A stretch of 64,000 nt of DNA, from the NCBI GenBank assembly GCA_030141605.1, contig JAQGDQ010000310.1, positions 1-64,000 of the forward strand, read 5' to 3'. The stretch comes from Tubiluchus corallicola (lineage: Eukaryota; Animalia; Priapulida). Positions 26,201-36,201 of the stretch are shown in pieces. Each line of letters begins with the position of its first letter. Position 1 is the stretch's first letter. Under the pieces are notes generated by a model that did not search any database, had not been told where the DNA came from, and saw only the letters and a list, made by a program, of their open reading frames with translations. The translations under genes and the position numbers were made by a program.

Positions 26201-29200
26201 CAAACTGCAGTTGAAGCACAAACCAGGCACTACTGCATACAAATACTGCTCCAGTCAACAGCCACTGCAACACCCACTGCAGTTGAAGCACAAACCAGGC
26301 ACTACTGCATGCATATACTGGTCGAATCAACACCCACTGCAGTTGAAGCAGGGACCAGGCACTACTGCATGCATATACTGATCCAATCAACACCCACTGC
26401 AGTTGAAGCAGGGACCAGGCACTACTGCATGCATATACTGATCCAATCAACATCCACTGCACTTTAAGCACGGACCAGGCACTACTGCATGCATATACTG
26501 GTCGAATCAACACCCACTGCAGTTGAAGCAGGGACCAGGCACTACTGCATGCATATACTGATCCAATCAACACCCACTGCAGTTGAAGCAGGGACCAGGC
26601 ACTACTGCATGCATATACTGATCCAATCAACATCCCCACTGCAGTTGAAGCACGGACCAGGCACTACTGCATGCATATACTGCCAATCAACACCACTGCA
26701 GTTGAAGCACGGACCAGGCACTACTGCATGCATATACTGGTCGAATCAACATCAACTGCAACACCCACTGCAGCTGAAGCACGGACCAGGCACTACTGCA
26801 TGCCTATACTGGTCCAATCAACATCCACTGCAGTTGAAGCACGGACCAGGCACTACTGCATGCATATACTGGTCCAATCAACATCCACTGCAGTTGAAGC
26901 ACGGACCAGGCACTACTGCATGCATATACTGGTCCAATCAACATCAACTGCAGTTGAAGCACGGACCAGGCACTACTGCATGCATATACTGGTCCAATCA
27001 ACATCAACTGCAGCTGAAGCACGGACCAGGCACTACTGCATGCCTATACTGGTCCAATCAACATCAACTGCAGCTGAAGCACGGACCAGGCACTACTGCA
27101 TGCCTATACTGGTCCAATCAACATCCACTGCAGTTGAAGCACGGACCAGGCACTACTGCATGCTATACTGGTCCAATCAACATCAACTGCAGTGAAGCAC
27201 GGACCAGGCACTACTGCATGCTATACTGGTCCAATCAACATCTGGTGGGGGGTTGCACTGCAGTTGGGGGGTTGTTTTGGTTTTGGTTGGGGGTTGTGGT
27301 TGGGGGGTTGTGTCCAATCAACATCCACTGCAGTTGAAGCACGGACCAGGCACTACTGCATGCATATACTGGTCCAATCAACATCAACTGCACTTTAAGC
27401 ACGGACCAGGTACTACTGCATGCCTATACTGATCCAATCAACATCCACTGCAGTTGAAGCACGGACCAGGCACTACTGCATGCATATACTGATCCAATCA
27501 ACATCCACTGCAGTTGAAGCACGGACCAGGCACTACTGCCCACTGCAGTTGAAGCAGGACCAGGCACTACTGCATGCTATACTGTCCAATCAACATCCAC
27601 TGCAGTTGAAGCATGGACCAGGCACTACTGCATGCATATACTGATCCAATCAACATCCACTGCAGTTGAAGCACGGACCAGGCACTACTGCGTGCATATA
27701 CTGCTCCAATCAACACCCACTGCAGTTGAAGCACGGACCAGGCACTACTGCATGCATATACTGATCCAATCAACACCCACTGCAGTTGAAGCACGGACCA
27801 GGCACTACTGCATGCATATACTGATCCAATCAACACCCACTGCAGTTGAAGCACGGACCAGGCACTACTGCATGCATATACTGGTCCAATCAACATCCAC
27901 TGCAGTTGAAGCACGGACCAGGCACTACTGCATGCATATACTGGTCCAATCAACATCCACTGCAGTTGAAGCATGGACCAGGCACTACTGCATGCCTATA
28001 CTACCCACTGCAGTTGAAGCACAGACCAGGCACTACTGTATGCACATACTGGTCCAATCAACACCCACTGCAGTTGAAGCATGGACCAGGCACTACTGAA
28101 TGCCTATACTGGTCTAATCAACATTCACTGCAACATCCACTGCAGTTGAAGCACGGACCAGGCACTACTGCATGCATATACTGGTCCAATCAACGTCAAC
28201 TGCAGCTGAAGCACGGACCAGGCACTACTGCATGCCTATACTCCTTTCCCAAATATAAATTCTATAAAAACTACAAAAGTAATAGGATCCACTCTATAAA
28301 TTCTATAAGAGTAATTGGAATCAATTTATAAGAATAATTTAGGAATCATTTGAGCTACTGCTTAATAAGTATTTAAACTAACGCATGAACAGATTACATT
28401 CAAGATAATATGATGTAAAGGGCTACTAACAGAACTTTATTAAGTGAAATTCTAATAGAACATCAACGCTAGAATTGTTCGTATCACAAAAATCTTACTC
28501 TGGTCATCAATTCTGCTGACAATCTATGCCTGCGAGTTCCGCAATTGAGAAACACATCAAATCAAAACATGGAACGATAAATTATTAACCTGTCACCGTC
28601 TAACAAAAAATCAATTTTATACCTTTGCATCCAACTGTTTAAAGGCAGTTATCGCCTGTTGGTATTCTCTAGACGCCAGGTGAGAATGAGCTCGTATCCA
28701 TGACGACAACCTAACCGAATAAAATTACCGTATATACGTGTGTACAGGTTGACCTTATGTACAAGTCGATGTGCATTTTAAGACCAAAAATTGCATAATT
28801 TTCTATATTACCTGTGTACAAGTCGACCATGAAATATTAAGATCTTCCAGAGTACATGATGTCAACAATGGCCGAGTAATAAATCAATAGCCTACTATGT
28901 TATTGTGTAAGATATGTGCATGTACCCTGGGCCGAGTATATTATACCTACCTGAAGATATTATATGTATATGTATTCATGTTGAGGTCCGTCAATGCAAT
29001 GCATGAAAATGGAGCCTGGCCTTTCATCATGCATAATTGTTTGCCCTTAACTCTAGGATATTGCGGTCAGGATCCGAAAGAAGCATATCGTAAGTATAAG
29101 TCGACCACAAAAATTTCACCTTAAAATCGCCGCCCAAAAATGAAACTTGTACATAAGTATATATTCTTTTTTATGATGATGATAGTGTATGAAACATAAG

Positions 29201-29381
29201 AATTTAATACAGTATGATGTAATAATTTTGACATCACTGTGTGCTTAATGTCATTATATTGTACTGAATGTGATAATAATAAAAATAAAAAAATTAAAAA
29301 AAAGAATAATAGCACAACAAGAAAAAAAAATCTTTATGTGTGAAGTGGAAGTGTTAAGACACTTTGTAACTGACAGCAATT

Positions 29382-29450
<69 letters not shown>

Positions 29451-29515
29451 CTCCTCTCTCTCTCTTTCTCTCTCCCTCTCTCTCTCTCCCTCCCTCCCTC
29501 CTCTCTCCCTATCTC

Positions 29516-29554
<39 letters not shown>

Positions 29555-32500
29555 CCCTTTCCTCCTCTTTCTAGTTCTCTCTTTTTTGTTGTTAGACATC
29601 TAAATAAGAACCTCCAACTCACAACATAGACAAAAGTTACATATTGCACTCAAGGAATCACCACATAGCTCCTCACTGTAAGTTCGTAAAAAGAAAAAGT
29701 TATGGTATACTCAGACAAACATAGAAAGAGCACGACGGCTTCATGCAGCATCTTCTGGTGAACAGTCTAAGAATCGACCAAGCACAATGTTGAACCTGTT
29801 TTTGCAAAAATCACTTTACCTATGCAAGCAATAATGCATCAGAAATTTTGAATATTACCAGTGAACACGTTAGTGATAATACTAACCATTCCATGGAGGC
29901 GATGTTACTGTACACTGGAGACATCATGGCAGCAACGTCGGTACCGACTACGCCAAGTGACATCAGAGAAACAGCCGCATCTAATGCCAACGGAAATTCC
30001 CTGAAATCACAGGATACAAATCTGATGAAAAAAACGAAACACAATCATGTACTAATTACGGATATAATGTTCCACATCCTCTTCCTCATTTTAAAGTGCT
30101 TGTTAACCCTTTCACCACATAGTTGCTTTTTAACTGGGAAAAAGGCAAGTGTACATGTTTACCTGTCTATTTACCTGAGTATTTCTTTGTAACCAGTAGC
30201 TGCCGAGCGTTCCATCCCGGCGTTCTGGTAAAGCTTTGAAAGAGTCAAGTTTATCTTTGCGCTTCTTTGCTTTGCAGGAATGCTCTCTAGCTGAAATAAG
30301 GTATCATGCACAAATAGAAAAGTTACTTCCTTCAAACGATCACTTGTTGGAAAGGTGATCATAGGCAACGCTATCAAAAAATATTGTCTGTCTATGATCA
30401 CTTGTTTGAAAGTGATCATAGGCAACGCTAAAAAAAATCTGCCTGTCTGTGATCACTTGTTGGAAAGGTGATCATAGGCAACGCTATCAAAAAATATTGC
30501 CTGTCTGTGATCACTTGTTGGAAATTGATCATAGGCAACGCTACTATCAAAAAATATTGCCTGTCTATGATCACTTGTTGGAAAGTGAACATAGGCAACG
30601 CTATCAAAAAATATTGCCTGTCTGTGATCACTTGTCGGAAAGTGATCACAGGCAACGCTAAAAAAAAATCTGCCTGTCTGTGATCACTTGTTGGAAATTG
30701 ATCATAGGCAACGCTATCAAAAAATATTGCCTGTCTATGATCACTTGTTGGAAAGTGAACATAGGCAACGCTATCAAAAAATATTGCCTGTCTGTGATCA
30801 CTTGTCGGAAAGTGATCACAGGCAACGCTACAAAAAAAATCTGCCTGTCTATTTAACGTCGTTACGCGAGCCTCAACGGAACATTTTGTTTCGAGTCAAG
30901 TCTCGCAATTGCATTTCAAAAGTTCCATTTCATTCTCAAAACAAACTGCAATGGCAGAAAGCCTTCTTGACGTGCATACGCACACATGCTGATGTTCACT
31001 TCTTAAGCAACATACACAATAGGTTTAGTTCTTAACCAGAACACATCGAAAAGGCGTTACATAACACAGGCTACGGTAAAATCGAGTGCCTGTAAAAACT
31101 AATATGTTCAGAACCAATGAAGACTAATTACAAAAAATAATGTCATACTGTACTCATTATCTAGTTCATGTGAGGCTAAGTGATTAGTGCAAATTATATA
31201 TGTTTACATAGTGTTTATGTGGATGCTAGCGGCACCTAGTTAACGTTCATGAAATCTTTTTAGTTTCAAACTTGTTTAGCTTCGCCATTCATTACAGCCA
31301 ATTAGATGTCAGAAGCCGACTTAAGGTATAGTCACATGACTTTCATGACCTGTTTTTCCTGTTCATACTTACACGTATGCGATTAGCTTTTTCTTACTGC
31401 CGCAGTTCTGGTGAACTCACTAAATACTGTTTTGTTATCCAGAAAGCCATTTAATCACCAAATTGTAAGTTTTGTTAATTAATTTAGACCAAATTTATTT
31501 ATCTTGTAAATTAACGCAATAATCTGCTATTTTTGCTGTATCAGATCACAAATCAATTAGCAACACGTCATATTTTTACTTAGCTGCTGAAATTTTTACC
31601 TGTTAATTATTTTTCTATAATTTACTTCTCTTTATTGTTGAATCGCTTCTTTATACTGAATAAATTAATTTCAGGTTTATCGCATCAGGTAATGCCGGAG
31701 TTGGATTTTTCTTTTGGACATTATACTTGGGCGCCTCCACAGTTTATATAAAAATCTAAGCAAGCCATGTAAATTGATGTCAAACATATTGGTCTATTGC
31801 TCCGTCAGCACTGTGACGTAAGCACGCTCAGCAGTATTCGGGACAACAGTTCACGCAGGACAACAACTGTCTAAGCTAAACTAAACTGAACTAAACTGAA
31901 CTGAACTGAACTGAACTGAACTGAACTAAACTAAACTAAACTAAACTAAACTAAACTAAACTAAACTAAACTAAACTAAACTAAACTAAACTAAACTAAA
32001 CTAAACTAAACTAAACTAAACTAAACTAAACTAAACTAAACTAAACTAAACTAAACTAAACTAAACTAAACTAAACTAAACTAAACTAAACTAAACTAAA
32101 CTAAACTAAACTAAACTAAACTAAACTAAACTAAACTAAACTAAACTAAACTAAACTAAACTAAACTAAACTAACTAAACTAACTAAACTTACTCCAATC
32201 TAAACTAAACTAAACTAAACTAAACTATAAACTAAACTATAAACTAAACTATAAACTAAACTATAAACTAAACTAAACTAAACTAAACTAAACTAAACTA
32301 AACTAAACTAAACTAAACTAAACTAAACTAAACTAAACTAAACTAAACTAAACTAAACTAAACTAAACTAAACTAAACTAAACTAAACTAAACAGCATGA
32401 CAGTCACAACTAATGCCTAATCACCAGATAATTTGATTGCTGTTTTTCATAAACACAAATTTGCAGAGCGGCAGCTACTTTTACACAAAATTAACACTTT

Positions 32501-35500
32501 AAGGGCCAAAATGCTTTTCAATTTAAACAGAATGTAGAGACGAAGTTTCAAAGCACTATAAAATACAGAGACATAAGTATAATAAAGAAACTAAGTCAGT
32601 TAGCCTTGTCTTACAATAAATGCACAACAAAAATATTAAGTCTCTTTTGTCTTTAAACATGCAGACATCATGCCTGCGATGTATTTTTCTTTATTAACTG
32701 ATCAAGATTTATTAAGTTTTTATACTTTTCCATTTGTTAGGCTACGGAAATGGAATAAATTTGACTGTTCCATTGCATAAGTGACCTTATATTGAATGCC
32801 AGAGTCACACAAGTCCCAATGGCATCTTTTAACCACGATTATAACCAGAAAAATAGCATAAAATTAGCTAATATTACATTGATGTATAATATAGATTTTG
32901 ACCACATTTGAATTAATTTTGACTGTGAAGATCTCATTGAGGTTTATAAAAACTGGCCAGAAAAGAAAACATTTTGTTTTGTCCTTATTTAAAGTTAATC
33001 AAATAGTTGTTTTAACCTAACTTGCAAAGCCATAACCTATACTAAACTGCGCATTTTCTGGATTGTAAAATGTTTCAATCAGCAACTCGTAGACGTAAAC
33101 ATTATGCATTTCTTCCTACAAATGAAACTAGACTATATATTACCACTAATTCACTTGCAATTTCAATAGACAATAATAAAATCTAGAACCAGGCCAATAT
33201 TTCTCCCGCCAACTAATGAAAAGTTTAGCATTTTCCATAACAGTATTAGACGGAGCTGTAGCTAAATGTCCCGAAAGTACCTGCATCAAGTAAGCTCTGC
33301 AGGGGTGTGAAATATATTGCACGCTGATTGGGCAGTCAATGAAAATGATTGACATTACGTTAGACGTCATTGCTTGTTGCATAGTAAATTTTATGCAATA
33401 ATTGTGCTTGCTTGTTTTAAGACGCTTATATAAAAGCAGACTCAATAATTGCTTGTGGTGTGTTCTAAAATACGTACTGTACGTGAATATGAAAGGGCGC
33501 ATTGTCCTAGAAGAAAAAGAATTTCCCCAAGGCTACAGCCTATTGGTAAATATGTTCCTGCCAACATCTAAGTAAACGAGCTAACATCAATATGGCTACT
33601 TAAGAATGTTAATTTGTCGGCTTCATGTTAGGCCAGAACAGAGTAAGAAGCAAAGAAAAACTACTCACTACTGTAATAGCTTGCGTCGGCTGCTTCATTT
33701 TCACGTGGCACTTGTGCAGTTTGAACTTAACATCAACCTCTGACGTCATTTCCTTCAAAAATGTTGAAAATGCTATTTTACTACACCCAGAAGTAAACAA
33801 ACTTCTATTAAAGATCCTTACTTTAGTAAGACTCGCATGAAAACTGTTTTTTTTTTCCGAAAGACAAACTTTCCAATAGAGTCACTACAGACAGATAATT
33901 TTTGCGGATCCACACCATATATGGTAAGTGATCAGTGATCAATAATTATAAAAAATAAAATAAATGAAAAGACAACATCATAACTATCTCAGTGTGAACC
34001 TGCCTTAATGTATTTCAATTTTGTAGTTTTCTCAGGTGGCTCCACCTTGCTGATAACTTTAGAGTTTATCTAATAGCATAGGTAAGTAGTTATGATGCTT
34101 TTTAGAAGCCTATATGAATGTAGTGTTCTGTACAAGATAGCGAAATTAAGCTTACAGTCAACCTCAGATATAAGGGACACTTCCGGACTGGAAAAAACCG
34201 TCCCTTATATCCGATGTCCCTTATAGCCGAAGTTGAGTCAGACCGAGGATGTATCTAAACCTGTACTTTTACCCATATTTTTATGGATTATTGCTACATA
34301 TTCAGTGCAAACGGTATGTAGGAAGCTCCTTCAGTGATGTGAGATGCATGTGACCGTGGAAACCGAGCGAAAAATTGAGGTTAAAAATTGATCAATTTCG
34401 CATTGATCATAAAGTCCCTTATAGGCGAGGTAATTTACTCGGGTTTCTATTACGCGGAACCTGAAGTCCCTTATATCCGAGTACCTTATATACGAAGAAT
34501 TTTATACGACAAAACGTTACGAAAAATTGGGTTAACGAGTTAACAGTAAAACACAAATAGCCTCTGACAAGGTAGTGAGCTTTGTTTGGGGGGGGGGGGG
34601 GAAAATACAGTAAAACACAACTAGCCTCTGACAAGGTAGTGAGGTTCGTTTGGGGAGGGGGGGGAATACAGTAAAACACAACTAGCCTCTGACAAGGTAG
34701 TGAGCTTCGTTTGGGGGGGGGGGGGGAGAATACAGTAAAACACAACTAGCCTCTGACAAGGTAGTGAGCTTCGTTTGGGGGGGGCTACAGTAAAACACAA
34801 CTAGCCTCTGACAAGATAGTGAGCTTCGTTTGGAGGGGGGGGGAAAGAATACAGTAAAATACAACTAGCCTCTGACAAGGTAGTGAGCTTCGTTTGGGGG
34901 GGGGGAGAATACAGTAAAACACAACTAGCCTCTGACAAGGTAGTGAGCTTCGTTTGGTGGGAGATACAAGTGACTGAAACTTTGGATTTTTAAGCAAGTC
35001 ATTTAATGCACGTTATGTGATAACTTCAATATTTCAAGAGTTTGTTGTTCCTTTGAGCAACACTAAACAACAGCAGCAACACTTACGGGTTTTGACATTT
35101 TGATCTTGTTCTTCATTATGGCTTTGTGTAACTGGAGTGCCTTGCGAAACACAGACTGAAAAGACAAGCGCAAATTAGACAGACAGACAGACTCAAAACC
35201 CTTATTGCAATTAGGCCGGAAACGATTACAAATACGATTATGATTAATCAACAGTAGCAATTATAATTGCACTAGTTATCAAATAAAATAAAAAATCATG
35301 GGCTTAGCTTTTTGAGATCACAGTTTTGACCATAGACATTTATTTTCTCCCATAAATGTCTATGTCTATGATCAAAAATATTTTAGAAAGAAGATTAATT
35401 AGCAGTGCTGATTAAGATGTAATTAATATTAGCATTGTAGTATGTTTTTATTTATTTTAGCAGTTACATTACTTTTTGTAAGAATGAACTACACTTACAG

Positions 35501-36201
35501 CAAACAGTTTACCCGTTAAAACCATAGTGTAAAATTTTGTAACGAAGCCATACTTGTCATGCTATAGATTTCACGGCAATTTATATTACTGATAGTAGAT
35601 GTCAAGATCAAGCAGTCATATCTCTTACTCTACTAAAACATTTTACGGTGATGATAAGAAAACTCTGATGTCAAACATCAACGGTCACCTCAGCTTTGAG
35701 AAACTCCTCTTCTTCATACAAAGCTGTTCCATAGTAGACAAGGATTTGATACTTCACTCCACTGCCAAGTAAATCGGCACTATTTTCACTCACAGCAAGA
35801 ACTAAACTTGCCTAGAAGATAGCAGAAATGGTAGCAGATTAAACACTAAGATAATAGAACAATCTACATAAACTTTCTTCTGAGCAAGAGAAGCAAGGGT
35901 ATTTATATACCAACTGTGACTACGATGATAATGGTTAGGACTCAGTCAGGTGTGCAATTTGCAAAACTGTGAATACTTAATAATAAACTACATGAGGAAG
36001 CAGCCATAAAAATATCGGATTTAAAAAATTTTGAAAAATCTCAACCAGTTTCCGAGTCAGTGGAGGCAGGTTAAAAGAAAAGGGCTGGTACTACTGTATT
36101 TACTTTTTAAGCCTTCTCGGTCATTACATACTAACCAACGACACAACGCTTGAGTACAGTTCCTCATCATGCAAGCATTTAATTTGGTCAAACACACTCA
36201 T
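13159..36201 (-). CDS. ANAPC7: Anaphase-promoting complex subunit 7 (TPR protein), complete 15-exon gene, 549 aa
   Basis: Exons 5'->3': 36201-36136, 35811-35689, 35155-35087, 33752-33669, 30290-30175, 30000-29887, 28710-28623, 25733-25549, 24806-24692, 24535-24394, 23509-23364, 19488-19376, 17046-16930, 14871-14757, 13215-13159. All introns GT-AG, phases compatible, total 1650 nt. The peptide is colinear with recalled human APC7 (SEVDVKFKL~SEIEVKYKM; IPAKQRSAKIN~IPSRQRTPKIN; FPLALDA~CPLALDA; LRDNLDVL~LRDNVDLL; EALLLKG~QALLLKG; LDPSNSKALEG~LDPNDQKSLEG). Confidence 0.95.
13307..13830. mobile_element. Tc1/mariner (Tigger/pogo-like) MITE
   Basis: TA|CAGTCATACCTC...GAGGTTATGTCTG|TA. Confidence 0.75.
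14510..14694. mobile_element. Right-end fragment of the Tc1/mariner MITE family seen at 52991-53714
   Basis: Shared CTTCGTTTAACGA...CGCATTTTG...CTTACTG|TA. Confidence 0.65.
14757..14871 (-). CDS. ANAPC7: ANAPC7 exon 14 (LDPSNSKALEGVQRTEKHSDMGDYAEVDVETMVESENE)
   Basis: TTCTAG acceptor; GAG|GTACCT is a weak donor but in phase with exon 15. Confidence 0.85.
15058..15591. mobile_element. hAT-like element, copy of 2132-3241 lacking the internal array
   Basis: Termini CAGGGGCGG...CTGCCACTG; shared GAGCACGTGAG, GCTGTTGTGCGCATGCGGTCATG and TGTTTGTTACGTTTTAC blocks. Confidence 0.72.
16130..16565 (+). mobile_element. LINE (CR1/L2-clade) 3' relic
   Basis: Peptide YGTNSVIKQAILLWNSLPLQVKQIKS..LKS; 3' hairpin TTGCACTG..CAGTGTAA and AATAAA tail. 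Confidence 0.6.
16930..17046 (-). CDS. ANAPC7: ANAPC7 exon 13 (LKKQLALESNCRLHQLLGDYLSRNNEHQEALDQYNIALR)
   Basis: TTTTCAG acceptor, GTATGT donor; ~human CVLHRILGDFL..QEAMDQYSIALS. Confidence 0.93.
17943..18367. mobile_element. Kolobok-like MITE with TTAA TSD
   Basis: TTAA|AGGAAAACCAGATGATTG...CAATCGTCCGGTCTTCCT|TTAA; partial copies at 49192-49337 and, inverted, 42680-42830. Confidence 0.78.
18600..19123. mobile_element. Inverted copy of the ~600-bp repeat at 3745-4350
   Basis: Reverse complement of shared blocks (CACGCTCGTGGAAT, TGAATATCTTACAGT); ends GTCTTCCT|TTAA. Confidence 0.62.
19376..19488 (-). CDS. ANAPC7: ANAPC7 exon 12 (AKSCLEKALKQDMLYTDAVCLLAEIYVNEQQVEKAITL)
   Basis: TTACAG acceptor, GTATGT donor; ~human AKTLLDKALTQRPDYIKAV. 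Confidence 0.92.
19810..20248. mobile_element. Tc1/mariner MITE inserted in a (TA)n tract
   Basis: TA|CAGTCGACCCTTGTTAAACCGGAC...GTCCAGTTTAACGAGGGTTGACTG|TA. Confidence 0.85.
20802..21428. mobile_element. ~630-680 bp TIR element (ends TGTGCTTG..CGTCCATAAGTC), copy 1
   Basis: Inverted termini; homologous to 50280-50918 and, inverted, 57297-57968. Confidence 0.72.
21617..23456 (-). repeat. Tandem array, 12 x 152-154 bp, made of the 3' part of ANAPC7 exon 11, its donor and ~60 nt of intron 11
   Basis: Unit starts at 21617, 21771, 21924, 22077, 22230, 22383, 22537, 22691, 22845, 22997, 23150, 23303; each encodes ASNACKHLGQTPRTLTLYASVLAKDAPTIDK (or a close variant) followed by GT. Confidence 0.95.
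23364..23509 (-). CDS. ANAPC7: ANAPC7 exon 11 (GLVECCLANHRTREAITLASNACKHLGQTPRTLTLYASVLAKDAPTIDK)
   Basis: AAG acceptor, AAG|GTGAAT donor; matches human GLIECYLA..REA..TLTLLATV; its 3' half is the first unit of a tandem array. Confidence 0.9.
23680..24360. repeat. ~103-bp AT-rich (ATTAC-based) minisatellite in ANAPC7 intron 10
   Basis: Motif ATGTTATGATA(C/T)GTAAC recurs at ~23770, 23873, 23976, 24078, 24181, 24284. Confidence 0.88.
24394..24535 (-). CDS. ANAPC7: ANAPC7 exon 10 (AYILDGRNVEALLLKGQALLELKKINEAVQHFREALRVNNYRFESHK)
   Basis: AACAG acceptor, GTAGGC donor; HFREA motif as in human. Confidence 0.93.
24692..24806 (-). CDS. ANAPC7: ANAPC7 exon 9 (LANSLMSLTLHSPEPWACMAWHCFATKKVTRAVYFAQK)
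   Basis: TTACAG acceptor, GTATAC donor; EPW motif typical of the APC3/6/7 TPR subunits. Confidence 0.93.
24992..25102 (-). pseudogene. Degenerate 5' fragment (~110 nt) of 18S rRNA
   Basis: Minus strand reads TACCCGGTTGATCCGTCCAGTAGTCAT-AAAGATTAAGCCACGTGTTTCTAGGTACAGAC...GAAGCTGCGAATGGCTCATCAAATCAGTT. Canonical 18S start is TACCTGGTTGATCCTGCCAGTAGTCATATGCTTGTCTCAAAGATTAAGCCATGCATGTCTAAGTAC...GAAACTGCGAATGGCTCATTAAATCAGTT. There is an 11-nt deletion plus substitutions. Confidence 0.85.
25103..25410 (-). other. Probable rDNA 5' external transcribed spacer remnant, contiguous with the 18S fragment
   Basis: GC/CpG-rich island with several hairpins (GTACCG..CGGTAC, GCTGA..TCAGC) directly 5' of the 18S start, inside an AT-rich intron; identity is inferred from position only. 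Confidence 0.6.
25549..25733 (-). CDS. ANAPC7: ANAPC7 exon 8 (THLRDNLDVLCSLGEAYYLSG...KIKELE)
   Basis: TTCCAG acceptor, GTGAGA donor; TPR motif, lies inside ORF 25545..25751. Confidence 0.93.
26050..28240. repeat. 60-bp minisatellite CACTGCAGTTGAAGCACGGACCAGGCACTACTGCATGC... (~36 units), ANAPC7 intron 7
   Basis: Direct reading; accounts for the repetitive ORFs in the track. Confidence 0.95.
28623..28710 (-). CDS. ANAPC7: ANAPC7 exon 7 (LSSWIRAHSHLASREYQQAITAFKQLDAK)
   Basis: TTAG acceptor, GTATAA donor; WLSSWIRA~human WLSVWIKA. Confidence 0.9.
28728..29163. mobile_element. Tc1/mariner-like MITE (TA|CCGTATATAC...)
   Basis: Left end TACCGTATATACGTGTGTACAGGTTGACC, repeated TACAAGTCGA motifs, decayed right end. 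Confidence 0.55.
29164..29300 (+). mobile_element. Retroposon 3' tail with A-rich end
   Basis: Near-identical to 52010-52139. Confidence 0.65.
29385..29580. repeat. (CT)n microsatellite
   Basis: Direct reading. Confidence 0.95.
29887..30000 (-). CDS. ANAPC7: ANAPC7 exon 6 (EFPLALDAAVSLMSLGVVGTDVAAMMSPVYSNIASMEW)
   Basis: TTTCAG acceptor, GTTAGT donor, phases 2/2. Confidence 0.93.
30175..30290 (-). CDS. ANAPC7: ANAPC7 exon 5 (LESIPAKQRSAKINLTLSKLYQNAGMERSAATGYKEILR)
   Basis: TTTCAG acceptor, GTAAAT donor, ends in phase 2. Confidence 0.93.
30337..30850. repeat. ~58-bp minisatellite GATCACTTGTTGGAAAGTGATCATAGGCAACGCTA... (~9 units)
   Basis: Each unit has an internal inverted repeat TGATCAC..GTGATCA. 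Confidence 0.92.
31874..32393. repeat. (CTAAA)n pentanucleotide tract, ~100 units
   Basis: Direct reading. Confidence 0.97.
33669..33752 (-). CDS. ANAPC7: ANAPC7 exon 4 (EMTSEVDVKFKLHKCHVKMKQPTQAITV)
   Basis: AAG acceptor, GTGAGT donor, 84 nt. Confidence 0.9.
34155..34510. mobile_element. Truncated Tc1/mariner MITE
   Basis: TA|CAGTCAACCTCAGATATAAGGGAC; repeated CCCTTATATCCGA; right TIR not seen. Confidence 0.6.
34543..34957. repeat. ~62-bp minisatellite with variable poly-G tract (7 units)
   Basis: ACAGTAAAACACAACTAGCCTCTGACAAGGTAGTGAGCTTCGTTT(G)n. Confidence 0.92.
35087..35155 (-). CDS. ANAPC7: ANAPC7 exon 3 (SVFRKALQLHKAIMKNKIKMSKP)
   Basis: TTTCAG acceptor, GTAAGT donor, 69 nt; ALQLHKA~human ALQQKKA. 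Confidence 0.88.
35689..35811 (-). CDS. ANAPC7: ANAPC7 exon 2 (ASLVLAVSENSADLLGSGVKYQILVYYGTALYEEEEFLKAE)
   Basis: TAG acceptor, GTGACC donor, 123 nt; KYQILVY matches human KYQLLVY. Confidence 0.9.
36136..36201 (-). CDS. ANAPC7: ANAPC7 exon 1 (MSVFDQIKCLHDEELYSSVVSL)
   Basis: ATG at 36201, donor GTTAGT; resembles the APC7 N-terminus (human MNVIDHVRDM..LHSNVRLL). Confidence 0.85.

Noticed and set aside
25905-28331. Repeat ORFs up to 282 aa
   Set aside because: 60-bp minisatellite inside ANAPC7 intron 7 with frequent frameshifts.
31874-32393. (CTAAA)n as an interstitial telomeric repeat
   Set aside because: TTTAG matches neither TTAGGG nor TTAGG; an ordinary pentanucleotide microsatellite.
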